Below, in pieces: positions 35,739 through 44,887 of a DNA stretch of 64,000 nt. The DNA is from Candidatus Altiarchaeales archaeon. GTDB taxonomy: Archaea; Altiarchaeota; Altiarchaeia; IMC4; SCGC-AAA252-I15. Made by a program: the position numbers and the translations under genes. The stretch lies in assembly GCA_014727915.1 (NCBI GenBank), contig WJMO01000007.1, positions 1 through 64,000 of the forward strand, read 5' to 3'. Each line of letters starts with the position of its first letter. Positions within the stretch are counted from its first letter, which is position 1. The notes beneath the pieces were generated by a model. The model was not told where the DNA came from. It was given only the letters and a program-made list of their open reading frames with translations, and searched no databases.

Positions 35739-37740
35739 CCGAGCCCTCCTTGGTAGACTTATCAGAGTGTATGCTTATTATCTCAGGTTCGCCGATGGTT
35801 GGGTACCTGAGCTCCAGCAGGTTGTGCTCTTCCAGTATCATGGCCCAGGCCTCTATCTGGGTCTTGCTGACCTTCATCTTCTTCGCCAAGGCCTCATTTA
35901 TCTTCAGCCTCCCCTTGGACTCCACCATCTCATAGAGCAGGTCTATGTTCGTGTGTATCTTCTTGCCCTCCTCCACACGCTTGTTGAAGCCCTTGCCGTC
36001 CTTGCCCAATGTTATCTTCGGCGCATCCCTGAGACGCCTTATCTCGTCCTTCCGCTTCTCCTTCGCCAAAATGTCTCCCGCCGATGATATGGGAGATGAT
36101 CCGCCACCAGACCGCTGCATCTTCAGCTCTTCGAGCCTCGCGGACTTTCTCTCATCGACCTGCTTCTCGCCTGTCCCGGCGCCGCCATCCTTTGTCTTCC
36201 GGAGCTCCGCGTATCTTTGGGCTTTGACAGGGTCAAGGTTGAGGTTTCTCGCGAAGTCTATCAGGTTGAATCCGCCACCTATCTTCTTGACCTTCCTCTT
36301 CTCCTTCAGCATCTTCCTGCGCTCTTCCTTCGCTGCGTCAGATCCTCCGGAGAAGACGCTCTTAAGACCGGACATCACGGATTTCTTCTCCTTCTCGCCC
36401 GGTTCCGGCCTGAGCCGGGATTTGATCTTTATCTTCAGGGTTGAGAGTTTCACCGGCTTGGACAGCATGTAGTTTATGTTGGTGCGGACGGACTCGTTCA
36501 GGTCGTCCTCTGTCATCTCGAATATCTCGAGGTCTCCCTTGGTCCCGACGAACTCCGTCTGTATCTCGGAGAGGGCCTCATCACCGAATGTGACCTCCGC
36601 CTGGTCCATGTGCTCGAAAGATGCCGCTACTATCTCGCCCTTGTCTATGAGCAGGCCGGCGGTGTAGGCTTGGTCGTCGAGTTCCGCGTACAGCCTCATC
36701 GCGCCCACGAACTCGGTGGCAAGGCTCTTGCACACGTTCCTGAACTCCTCCTCCGTCTCCGGCATTACCTTGTCGCCGCTGACGACCATCTTGGACGAAT
36801 CCCGGCCTTTATCCCCATCCTGCCGGGCAGGCTCTGGCTCTGACCCGCCCTGGGATCCGGTTCCTGAGACAGCGGATGTTTCGGGTTTGCCCACATCCCC
36901 TGCCGTGGGCTCTTCTGCAGGGGTTTCAGCTGTTGTTGTGGGGGGAGCTTCCTGGCCGGACTCCGAGGGCTCTTGAGACGTTGAAAACCCGGTTTCGGGA
37001 GTCGGGGTCCCGGACTCGACCGGGATTTCAGGTGTCGTAGGTGAGGGTTCGGGCTCTGAATGCTCGGGGGGTGAAGTGGGATGTTCGGTCGGGGTTGGAG
37101 ATTCGGATGTTGAGGGTGATATTTCCTGCGAGGATGAACTGCTGGTTTCAGGTGTTTCAGCCGCAGGCTCCTGTTCGGACTCCGGTGTAGGCGAAGGCGC
37201 AGGCTCGGGGGTTGCGGCGGGTGTGGGCTGGGATTCGGGTTGGGGGATAGGTGGGGGTTCAGGCGGTGTTGTGTCTGGGGCGGACTGGACAGGCTCGGTT
37301 GCGGGGATTGGCTCTGCCGTGGCAGGGGTCTCCGGAGACGCAGCCGCTGTTCCCTGCGCTCCCCCAGAAGTGGGGGGTGTCTGCTGGCCATCAGATGGCG
37401 TTTCCGGCTCGCCTGAGGGGTCGGATGGAATGCCAGGGTCGGGGGAGGGAGTAGGTGCGTGCGGTTCCTTGTGTTCGTGGGATTTCAGCACCGCACCGCC
37501 GGATATGCTGTATTCGGTCTTGCCGAGGAACTTCTTCTTGACCTTGATTATGCCCTTATCCTTCAGGTAGGAGGTGTAGCGGCCCAGTTCCTTCTTGTCG
37601 ATTCCCGTAGAGGATGAAAGCTCCTTGTCCGAGACCACACCCCGGCGTTTTATCTCGTCTAAGACGCGTTTAAGGCGTAATGCCCCCTGTTTCTTCCGTT
37701 CTTCAACGCCCCCGTGAAGCCGGTTCTTAACGTCGGACAT
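35719..37740 (-). CDS. Pilus-locus protein: N-terminal wHTH-like domain, Pro/Glu/Thr linker, DUF2226-like domain, C-terminal wHTH-like domain
   Basis: ELSSSTGIDKKELGRYTSYLKDKGII; about 230-aa low-complexity linker; GLLIDKGEIVAA..GDEAL; TNIDLLYEMV..IEAWAMILEEHNLL. Confidence 0.7.
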   Translation of the reverse strand: MSDVKNRLHGGVEERKKQGALRLKRVLDEIKRRGVVSDKELSSSTGIDKKELGRYTSYLKDKGIIKVKKKFLGKTEYSISGGAVLKSHEHKEPHAPTPSPDPGIPSDPSGEPETPSDGQQTPPTSGGAQGTAAASPETPATAEPIPATEPVQSAPDTTPPEPPPIPQPESQPTPAATPEPAPSPTPESEQEPAAETPETSSSSSQEISPSTSESPTPTEHPTSPPEHSEPEPSPTTPEIPVESGTPTPETGFSTSQEPSESGQEAPPTTTAETPAEEPTAGDVGKPETSAVSGTGSQGGSEPEPARQDGDKGRDSSKMVVSGDKVMPETEEEFRNVCKSLATEFVGAMRLYAELDDQAYTAGLLIDKGEIVAASFEHMDQAEVTFGDEALSEIQTEFVGTKGDLEIFEMTEDDLNESVRTNINYMLSKPVKLSTLKIKIKSRLRPEPGEKEKKSVMSGLKSVFSGGSDAAKEERRKMLKEKRKVKKIGGGFNLIDFARNLNLDPVKAQRYAELRKTKDGGAGTGEKQVDERKSARLEELKMQRSGGGSSPISSAGDILAKEKRKDEIRRLRDAPKITLGKDGKGFNKRVEEGKKIHTNIDLLYEMVESKGRLKINEALAKKMKVSKTQIEAWAMILEEHNLLELRYPTIGEPEIISIHSDKSTKEGSDGKGKK

Positions 37741-37790
37741 AATCCACCAATATACATTTACCCCCAGTAGATTAAAATTAAAAGGGGGGT

Positions 37791-40385
37791 TCAGGAGCAT
37801 GTGACGTTGAAGTCGTCCACGTAGAAGCCGTACTGGGTGAAGATGTCATTGTTCGAATCCAGCCTGAACCGAACCCAAAGGCTGCCGCCGGCGTAGGAGC
37901 TCAGGTCATAGGAGTGCTGGGTCCAGACGTCCTCCCTCCAGCTGCCGCTCATCAGCTCGTCCCAGCTGTTTCCGTCAGATGAAGCCTCGACATAAACCTC
38001 ATCACCGGCGCCCAGGACAACCCAGTACTTGTCCATGAAGTAGAGTGTGACAGGCCCTGCGACACCTGACAGGTCGATCTCTGGGCTCTCCAGCCACTCG
38101 TTGGCGTTCTTGTTGTAGTCGTGGCTTAGGTCAGTCGCCCAGCAGCTGCTCCCAGAGTATGCATTGCCCCACCAGGGGTCGCCAAGCTCCCACTCGTCCT
38201 GGGGGCCTCCGTGTGTCCAAAGGCCTTCCCCGGATTCCATGTCGTCGAAGAAGCCGCAAACGGAAGGCGGGGAAGTCGTGGAAGTTGTTGAGGAGGTCGT
38301 TGTCGTGGAGGTGGTGGTCGGCCCGGAAATGCATGCTGGATTGCCCGCGTCCAGGTCCGCCCGGAAGGTGTAGGATCCGTTGTATCCGAAGCGTGGAGCG
38401 TCAACGTCCAATGCGATTATGTATGTTTCGCCCCCGATTACACAGTAGGATTCAAGGTTGACAGGCTCCATGTTCAACCTCACCTCAGGAGATGACGTGC
38501 ACATGCCGTCGAGGGAGTAGTTGTAGATTATTATGTCTGTCCGGTCGTCGCCTGTCACGTTGCTGGTTCCCGTGAACGTCAGGTCTAGCAGCCCGTCAGA
38601 GGAGGGAGTGAACTGGTAGAAGTGCCATTCGCTGGTGTTATACCCGTAGTAGTCGCATGTGACCTGGTTACCGTCGGTTAGCCCCGGGGGTAGGGGCGAG
38701 TCACAGGTGGTGCAGAAGTCGAGGTCGTCGTAGTCGCAGTCGTGTATCTCGCCGCAGCCTGTGAAGTATATGAGGCAGTCGTAGTCGAGCCAGTCGGGCT
38801 GTCCGTCCAGGTCGTCGTCGGCGCCGTCCACACAGACCTCAGTGGAGCCGGGGCAGCCGGTGACGTTCACGCAGACCGTGTCCACGTCTAATACCTCGGC
38901 GTGGGCATCGTCCAAACGCATCACAAATTCGTCGGATGGGCAGACACCTTTCACGGCGCAGCCTTCGACCCCCTTCCAGTAGAGGTAGTCCACCCAGGTG
39001 GCGTTTTCGGTCACTGTTATCCCATGGTAGTCCAGGTAGAATGGGTCGACCAGCGTCTCCAACCCTATGTCGGAGGTGTTGAAGAAGTGCATGCTCTGTG
39101 TGGCGTACTTGTCTGAGAGGTTGTATCGGCCGTCCAAGCGGTCGAAGAAGGAAGGTCCGTCGAAGCCGCCGAATGCGCTGGCGTTGCTGACCTGGTAGCA
39201 TGTGGTGTTGATGGAGTTCGAGGCGATCCCTATAAGAACCTGGTGTATGTCGCAGTCATCGTTGTTCAGTATCTGGATGCACGCCCCCTCCGAGAACTCG
39301 CCCTCGTCGCACCCTGCCGGCCGGTCCCATCCTGGGACCTGCGGCGGTTCGGTGTCCATGTCCCCCGTCGCAGTGATCCAGGGTATGGTGAGGTTGCATT
39401 TCTTTGCGAAGCTCTCGGGGGCGTTCTTCTGGTAGTTGATTATGCCCGCGAACGAGTTCGGGTGGCTTGAGTTGAAGCAAACATGCTCCTCGTACTGGTT
39501 GCATCCTCCGAAGCCCTGGTCCAACACGAGTATCAAACCGCTGATGACATCAGGGTCCTCGTTGATGCAGTAGTCAGCTAAGCTCCCATAGTCCGCCTTT
39601 ATGGTGGAGTGGAAGACCACGTCACCTGTCGCCTGGCCGACTCCGGGGGACTCGGTCATTATGCTGCAGCCGGCTATCATCTCGTTGTCGATGAATGTGG
39701 TGCAGTTGTTGATGTACTTTATCACGAACGAGTTCGTGTTCAGGGGGAATAGGGGATCCTCCAGTCCGATGATGGACGTTGGGGAAGCCACGAGGACACT
39801 GTCCCCGACGTAGTAGCATGTGCCCGCCTCGTCGTATACGTTGAAGGACGTGTTGGCGATGGCCATGAAAGTCCACGGGTCCCTGGGGATCAGGTGGAGC
39901 GTGTTCAGGGATATGTTCACGACGAAGTGCATGTCCCTCCCCTGACTTTCTATGCGGTCAAGCCACTGTGAGAGGGTGTGGTTTACCATGTAGCTGATGT
40001 TCTGGTCGTGTAGTGTGCCGCACATTATGAGCTCGGTCAGCGCGGCCTCGCTGCCATTCACGCCCATCCGGAACCTGTCACAGTTCACATGGCATGAGGG
40101 AGTGCATTTGAAGGAGTAATCCTGGAGGTCGTCGCCGGACAGAACAACATCGTCTATGGCGTAGATGGTCGCTCGCCTTCCGAATATGACCAGGGCCCGC
40201 TCCAGGTCTCCGCGGACGTCCTCGACGAAGTAGTGGAGCTCATCGCATCTTATCTTGGATATGGTGTCGTCTGTCTTGGTCTTGGAGACCGTCGCATAGT
40301 ATGACACGAAGAGTATCAGGGGTATGACTAGCAGGACGACGGCTATCGTGAAGAATAGTCCTCGCTTTTCCTTTTTCATAGCCAC
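37791..40385 (-). CDS. Large pilin-like (class III signal) Cys-rich protein with C-terminal MAM/immune-inhibitor-A-like domain
   Basis: KRG|LFFTI plus hydrophobic helix; GLEDPL; CVDGADDDLDGQPDWLDYDC; FDDMESG..W..LESPEIDLS..FRL..D..G.YVDD. Confidence 0.75.
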   Translation of the reverse strand: MAMKKEKRGLFFTIAVVLLVIPLILFVSYYATVSKTKTDDTISKIRCDELHYFVEDVRGDLERALVIFGRRATIYAIDDVVLSGDDLQDYSFKCTPSCHVNCDRFRMGVNGSEAALTELIMCGTLHDQNISYMVNHTLSQWLDRIESQGRDMHFVVNISLNTLHLIPRDPWTFMAIANTSFNVYDEAGTCYYVGDSVLVASPTSIIGLEDPLFPLNTNSFVIKYINNCTTFIDNEMIAGCSIMTESPGVGQATGDVVFHSTIKADYGSLADYCINEDPDVISGLILVLDQGFGGCNQYEEHVCFNSSHPNSFAGIINYQKNAPESFAKKCNLTIPWITATGDMDTEPPQVPGWDRPAGCDEGEFSEGACIQILNNDDCDIHQVLIGIASNSINTTCYQVSNASAFGGFDGPSFFDRLDGRYNLSDKYATQSMHFFNTSDIGLETLVDPFYLDYHGITVTENATWVDYLYWKGVEGCAVKGVCPSDEFVMRLDDAHAEVLDVDTVCVNVTGCPGSTEVCVDGADDDLDGQPDWLDYDCLIYFTGCGEIHDCDYDDLDFCTTCDSPLPPGLTDGNQVTCDYYGYNTSEWHFYQFTPSSDGLLDLTFTGTSNVTGDDRTDIIIYNYSLDGMCTSSPEVRLNMEPVNLESYCVIGGETYIIALDVDAPRFGYNGSYTFRADLDAGNPACISGPTTTSTTTTSSTTSTTSPPSVCGFFDDMESGEGLWTHGGPQDEWELGDPWWGNAYSGSSCWATDLSHDYNKNANEWLESPEIDLSGVAGPVTLYFMDKYWVVLGAGDEVYVEASSDGNSWDELMSGSWREDVWTQHSYDLSSYAGGSLWVRFRLDSNNDIFTQYGFYVDDFNVTCS

Positions 40386-43300
40386 ACCATCAACTTGAAT
40401 TTCGCAGGCCCCCAGAGGGACTGGACTCCGCCCGCGCTCGATATCTCGAACTCTATCATGTTGGGGTCGAACAGCAGGTCGACTTCGCCGTCGTCGTCCA
40501 GGTCCAGCTGGTCCATCAGCCTGAAAACGGCATCGTTGACCGCATCCCCCGCAACATATGATTTGTTCATAGGACTATTAAGTCCAGGGGTGTAAAAGCA
40601 GTTAGACGAGCCCCCGTATGCCGTCGGTATGGGAGCGTTGAAGCTCGTCCCGTCCTCGAACTCTATCTCCCAGTTGCAGCCCAGGTTGTCGTCGAAGACC
40701 CCACCGTATCCTACCATGCTCTGCAGGCGGATAGTGTATATTGCCCTGTCGTCAGGCGAGCAACCGGTACGGTTGTCCTCGGAATCCCCGGTTTCGATCG
40801 TGAGCGTCGTGTTGCCGCCGATCAGTATCTTCTCAGGGGGTATTTGAACTATGTAGGGGTCTCCCAGTAGGGCGTAGTCGGAGCCCCAGTCTGAAAGCTG
40901 ATAGACTATCTCCCCCCCTCCAGAGTCCACGTCCAGGTAGTCCGTCCAGTGCTCTCCAGAATAGGAGGTCACCCTGGCAGATGAGACGACGACATCAGGC
41001 GGTATCTCGACCACCCCCCTGCAGTTGAGGGTGTCGTCGAAGCGGTCGGTGGACTGTGTGATCGAGACCGTCCCATAGTCGGACAGGTTCAAGGGCATGT
41101 AGTCGATTTCAAGGTATGAGTCGGGGAAAAGCTGGGACTCCCTGAGCTCTCCGCCGTAGAATACTGTCTGGCTCTCCAGGCTGGACTCGTAGATGTCCTT
41201 TGAGAAGTTGAGGTAGCAGTCAACCGCGGCAGTGGAGTTGCCTCCGGGGCAGAAAGCTCCGTCGCCGCATTCCGCAGAGTGTATGAGGGTCAGCTCGGAA
41301 TTTAAGCAGCCAAGTGTCGCAGGCCCGAACCCGATGGTGCGGACTTCGGCACCCAAGTCGTTTTGGGCGCGTTGGGAAGCGCATATCGCATCATAGACTG
41401 CGGGAAGGCAGTAGGTGTTCTCGCAGTCGCCCGTGGTGGCCCCGCAGCTCCTGTCGCCTGTCGTCTGAGTGCACGACCCCGTGCAGTCACCGCATCCGCT
41501 GGTCTCAGGCGGTACGAGGACCTCCAGGTCGTCTATCATTATGTGCTCGCTGTCGGTTGACGTGGAACCCCAGAATTGAAGCACGAGGTCGTTTAAGGAG
41601 TCGGGTATGTCGGCTTCCGCGACCGCCCAGGTGAGCTGCCCGCTTCCTATGTCGGGCGACAGGACCTCCACTATGGGCTCCCATCCGCTGCCGTCCCAGT
41701 AGTACAGTCCCATCTCGTCAGAGTCCTCCGTGTCCTCGTAGCTGTACCAGACCCTGACCTTGACGTCGTTGTGGGCTGAGATGTCGATGGGAGTCCTGTT
41801 CAAAGCCACATACTCGGGGTTGAAACCGCCCCATATCCCAAAGTAGGACGATCCGCTGTGAGGGCCGTATGAGCCTGCGCTCGCCTTCCCATAGAGGTAG
41901 CCTCCTGGCGCGGTTGTGCGCTCACCGTCCACCGTCCACTCGGCTATCTCGGAGTCGGCTTCGAAGTCTGTGGTGAACAGCACGGTTCGGTTCTGGTAGT
42001 TGCAGCTGCCGCAGTTATAGCCTGTTATGCCGTCGGTCATCACGATGATGTAGTTGCTCCTAGTCGGGCTCCAAACGTCGTCGAGTAGGTTGTAGGCCTG
42101 GTTTATAGCGCAGCAGACGCAGGTTCCTCCCGAGGGGTCGTTGCTGTATCCCATAACATGGGAGACCATGCTTTCGTTGTCCTGGGGGTCGCTGAATCTG
42201 TAGGAAGAGCCGCCGTCTGCTTCGGCCTCGGTGTCAAATGAGACCAGGGCCATCCGGTTCCCGGTGTGGTTCATGACCGTGTTTATGAAGTCCCTCGCCA
42301 GGCATTTGGCGAGGCTTATGCGCTTGGTGTCGTCGTCGAACAGGTCCGGGCTGTCGCACCCCCGCTCCTCCCCTTCAGAGCCGGTGTTGTCGCCTATCCG
42401 GAAGTCCATGCTCCCGGAGACGTCGGTTATCAGCACCACGTCCGCGTTGCCTGAAGCGACCACCTCGGACATGTTACCCGTGCCCATCCGGAGCGGCACG
42501 TTGTTCTGGTCCAGGTCCGGGTGGTATATCAAACCTATGGGGGCGCCCTGGATCTCAGCGTCCGAGAGGGTTATGAACTGTTCGCTCTCGTTCCCGTCGG
42601 CTGAGAAGACGGTGGTGCCGCCTATGTTCAGGTATGTGGAGTAGTTGCTCATGTAATGGAGGTAGAGGCCGATGGACTCAACGCGTCCTGGCACGTAGAA
42701 GGAGTCGTAGAGGTTTATTATGCCGTTGATTCCCGGGAAGTGATACCATGTGGTCCGGGCGACCTCGTCAGTGTCCATCTCCGAGGTGTTGTATAGTATG
42801 TGTATGAACCCTCCGCCGATGTAGTGGTCTTCTATGGTTCCCTCAGTGAACATTAGGGTGAAGTTGTTGGGAGCCCCCAGGATGATGTTGGACAGGTCCG
42901 CTTCCGCGACGCACCCGTTGCCCGGGCCGGCTGGCAATCCCTCCCGTAGGTTGGCGCTCATGTTGCCTCCGATGGGCTCGAACGCGCCCGCGAAGTTCTC
43001 GTTTATGTAGAGGTTAAAGTCCGAGGGGGAGTTAAGCTCGAAGCAGCAGCGTTGTATGGTCGCATCAGAGGGGAGACCCCGCACGAACACTGTTATGTTG
43101 CCCTGGCCGGTGTAGCCGCCGAAGTACGTGTAGGATGACGTCTCCTTCTCCCTTATGTTCGCGAGGAACGCCCTCGCGACATTGCCCCTTGTGGGCAGCC
43201 CCCGGCCGTAGCCGACGAGCAGCCGGGTGGAGTGGGTCAACGTAGTTGCCTGGCCAGGGGGTATGCGGGTGTTGTTGGCTACCATCTCGCCGTCTATCGT

Positions 43301-43612
43301 CAGCGCCCATCCGACATTCGTGGGGAGCAGCTGGTTTATGTGGTGGGCTGACAGGTTGGATGCGTTCAGCCAGTGGGGGCTGGTCTGGTTCCCGTTCGCT
43401 GCAGCCCACTCCTCCCCTATCTGGTCCAAGACGCCTATCTTGTTCAGCACGTCCATGGTGTCTTCGGAGACGTAGTGAAGACGTTTGACCGAGATGTCGG
43501 ATGCGGATGACCCGCTATATCGCAAGCCCATCAAAGCCGTCAATATGACCATGACCACCGTCAACGCGACGACCGCATCCAACAATATCGCATATCCCCT
43601 CTTCATCGCCAC
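40376..43612 (-). CDS. Pilin-like adhesin with vWA domain (class III signal)
   Basis: KRG|YAILLD; MIDAS DVSGS, GGT and MTDG; inserted beta-sandwich (TDFE...W...IMIDDL). Confidence 0.8.
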   Translation of the reverse strand: MAMKRGYAILLDAVVALTVVMVILTALMGLRYSGSSASDISVKRLHYVSEDTMDVLNKIGVLDQIGEEWAAANGNQTSPHWLNASNLSAHHINQLLPTNVGWALTIDGEMVANNTRIPPGQATTLTHSTRLLVGYGRGLPTRGNVARAFLANIREKETSSYTYFGGYTGQGNITVFVRGLPSDATIQRCCFELNSPSDFNLYINENFAGAFEPIGGNMSANLREGLPAGPGNGCVAEADLSNIILGAPNNFTLMFTEGTIEDHYIGGGFIHILYNTSEMDTDEVARTTWYHFPGINGIINLYDSFYVPGRVESIGLYLHYMSNYSTYLNIGGTTVFSADGNESEQFITLSDAEIQGAPIGLIYHPDLDQNNVPLRMGTGNMSEVVASGNADVVLITDVSGSMDFRIGDNTGSEGEERGCDSPDLFDDDTKRISLAKCLARDFINTVMNHTGNRMALVSFDTEAEADGGSSYRFSDPQDNESMVSHVMGYSNDPSGGTCVCCAINQAYNLLDDVWSPTRSNYIIVMTDGITGYNCGSCNYQNRTVLFTTDFEADSEIAEWTVDGERTTAPGGYLYGKASAGSYGPHSGSSYFGIWGGFNPEYVALNRTPIDISAHNDVKVRVWYSYEDTEDSDEMGLYYWDGSGWEPIVEVLSPDIGSGQLTWAVAEADIPDSLNDLVLQFWGSTSTDSEHIMIDDLEVLVPPETSGCGDCTGSCTQTTGDRSCGATTGDCENTYCLPAVYDAICASQRAQNDLGAEVRTIGFGPATLGCLNSELTLIHSAECGDGAFCPGGNSTAAVDCYLNFSKDIYESSLESQTVFYGGELRESQLFPDSYLEIDYMPLNLSDYGTVSITQSTDRFDDTLNCRGVVEIPPDVVVSSARVTSYSGEHWTDYLDVDSGGGEIVYQLSDWGSDYALLGDPYIVQIPPEKILIGGNTTLTIETGDSEDNRTGCSPDDRAIYTIRLQSMVGYGGVFDDNLGCNWEIEFEDGTSFNAPIPTAYGGSSNCFYTPGLNSPMNKSYVAGDAVNDAVFRLMDQLDLDDDGEVDLLFDPNMIEFEISSAGGVQSLWGPAKFKLMVWL

Positions 43613-44157
43613 ACCGTAAAGTAGAGCCTCGTTATCTCACCGTCCAAGACCGCAGTCCTGGTTATCGTCATCGCCTCCGTGTCGTTGGACGGAACCCTCC
43701 CAACTCCCATAGCCTCGCCGTCGACTTCAACCACGGACCCGTTAAGGTATGTAAGGTTGAAGTAAAAATCGTATCCTCCGATCCCGAGTAGGTATAGGTT
43801 GCATTCGTAGTTGCTGCCCCCCGGCAGGCTGCACAGGTCAGTCTGCCCATGGTCCATGAAGTGCTTGAACTCCAGCAGCTTGTAGGGGACTAGGACGCGG
43901 CTCTTGTTGGACAGGCCCAGCGAGGTCACATTGTCCAGAACCCAGTTCTCAGGGGTTCCGGGCGTGCGTATCAGCTTCTCAGCAGCTTCAACGCCGAATT
44001 CTGCCATGGTCCTCTGGTCTTCTGCCTGGAAGAGGTCCCGGGTGGATAGGTCCCACAGGTGCAGTATCAGCATCAGACCCGCCATGAAGAGCATGAACGC
44101 TATGAGGAACTCTCCGCTGAAAACCTGGCCTTTGGATTGCGCCTTCATTTTGGTCAT
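43603..44157 (-). CDS. Minor pilin-like protein (class III signal)
   Basis: KGQ|VFSGEFLIA; LIRTPGTPENW..GL motif. Confidence 0.78.
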   Translation of the reverse strand: MTKMKAQSKGQVFSGEFLIAFMLFMAGLMLILHLWDLSTRDLFQAEDQRTMAEFGVEAAEKLIRTPGTPENWVLDNVTSLGLSNKSRVLVPYKLLEFKHFMDHGQTDLCSLPGGSNYECNLYLLGIGGYDFYFNLTYLNGSVVEVDGEAMGVGRVPSNDTEAMTITRTAVLDGEITRLYFTVWR

Positions 44158-44852
44158 ATGGTCTTGGTTACGTTGTTGTCGGTTTCTATGCTCTCGTTCA
44201 CCGTGTCCAGGTAGTCTACGGTGACCGTTACGAACTCTCCGAACGTCGAGTTGAAGCTCAATGTGAGCGAATCATATGCTTTAAGGGAGGATGTGCTGAC
44301 GTTCAAGGTGGTGTCGTTCGTCAGCAGGGAGGTTTTGAAGTATGGTGAGTCGACGTGGGCGTCGTTGACTATCTCCACCCAGGTGGTGTTGTCCACTATC
44401 ACAAGGGAGCCGGGCACCACCTTCAGGTTGGGCAAGTGACATGTGACCTCAATGCCGGCTTTGTTGTTCTTTATCCGGTTCCTCGTGTTCAACCCCTTGC
44501 TGAGGCAGTGGACTGATATGTTGGAGTCCATGACACGGGTCGTCCACGTCCTCTCACCCCACATCATCTCCAGCACGTTGCCCCGTATCACGATATCATA
44601 TTCATAGTCGCCGTGGAGCCTGTTGGGCAGTGAGAAGTAGGAGTAGTATCCTGGACCCTGCTGGCCTATCATGTTCACGTTGTCCTTCACGCTGGTGGCG
44701 ACACGCCGAGCGTCGAGGAGCGTCTTTATCCTGCTGCTCTCGGCGGTCTTCTCCATGGCGATCAGGACTATCACGCAGAATATCATGAGCAGGACCGATA
44801 TGCCGATGATCAACTCCAAGCCTGTCTGCCCCCTTAGTCCGCGGCGTTCCAT
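44154..44852 (-). CDS. Pilin-like protein with C-terminal CARDB-like domain
   Basis: RGQ|TGLELII; PNL...VDYLDTVNESIETDNN. Confidence 0.78.
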   Translation of the reverse strand: MERRGLRGQTGLELIIGISVLLMIFCVIVLIAMEKTAESSRIKTLLDARRVATSVKDNVNMIGQQGPGYYSYFSLPNRLHGDYEYDIVIRGNVLEMMWGERTWTTRVMDSNISVHCLSKGLNTRNRIKNNKAGIEVTCHLPNLKVVPGSLVIVDNTTWVEIVNDAHVDSPYFKTSLLTNDTTLNVSTSSLKAYDSLTLSFNSTFGEFVTVTVDYLDTVNESIETDNNVTKTI

Positions 44853-44887
44853 CCCACTATAAATATGGTCACACATATCTTTAATTA

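Noticed and set aside
32246-44852. Archaellum or hamus locus
   Set aside because: No archaellin, FlaH/F/G or recognisable hamus subunit. Two TadB/C-type genes indicate a pilus-type system.
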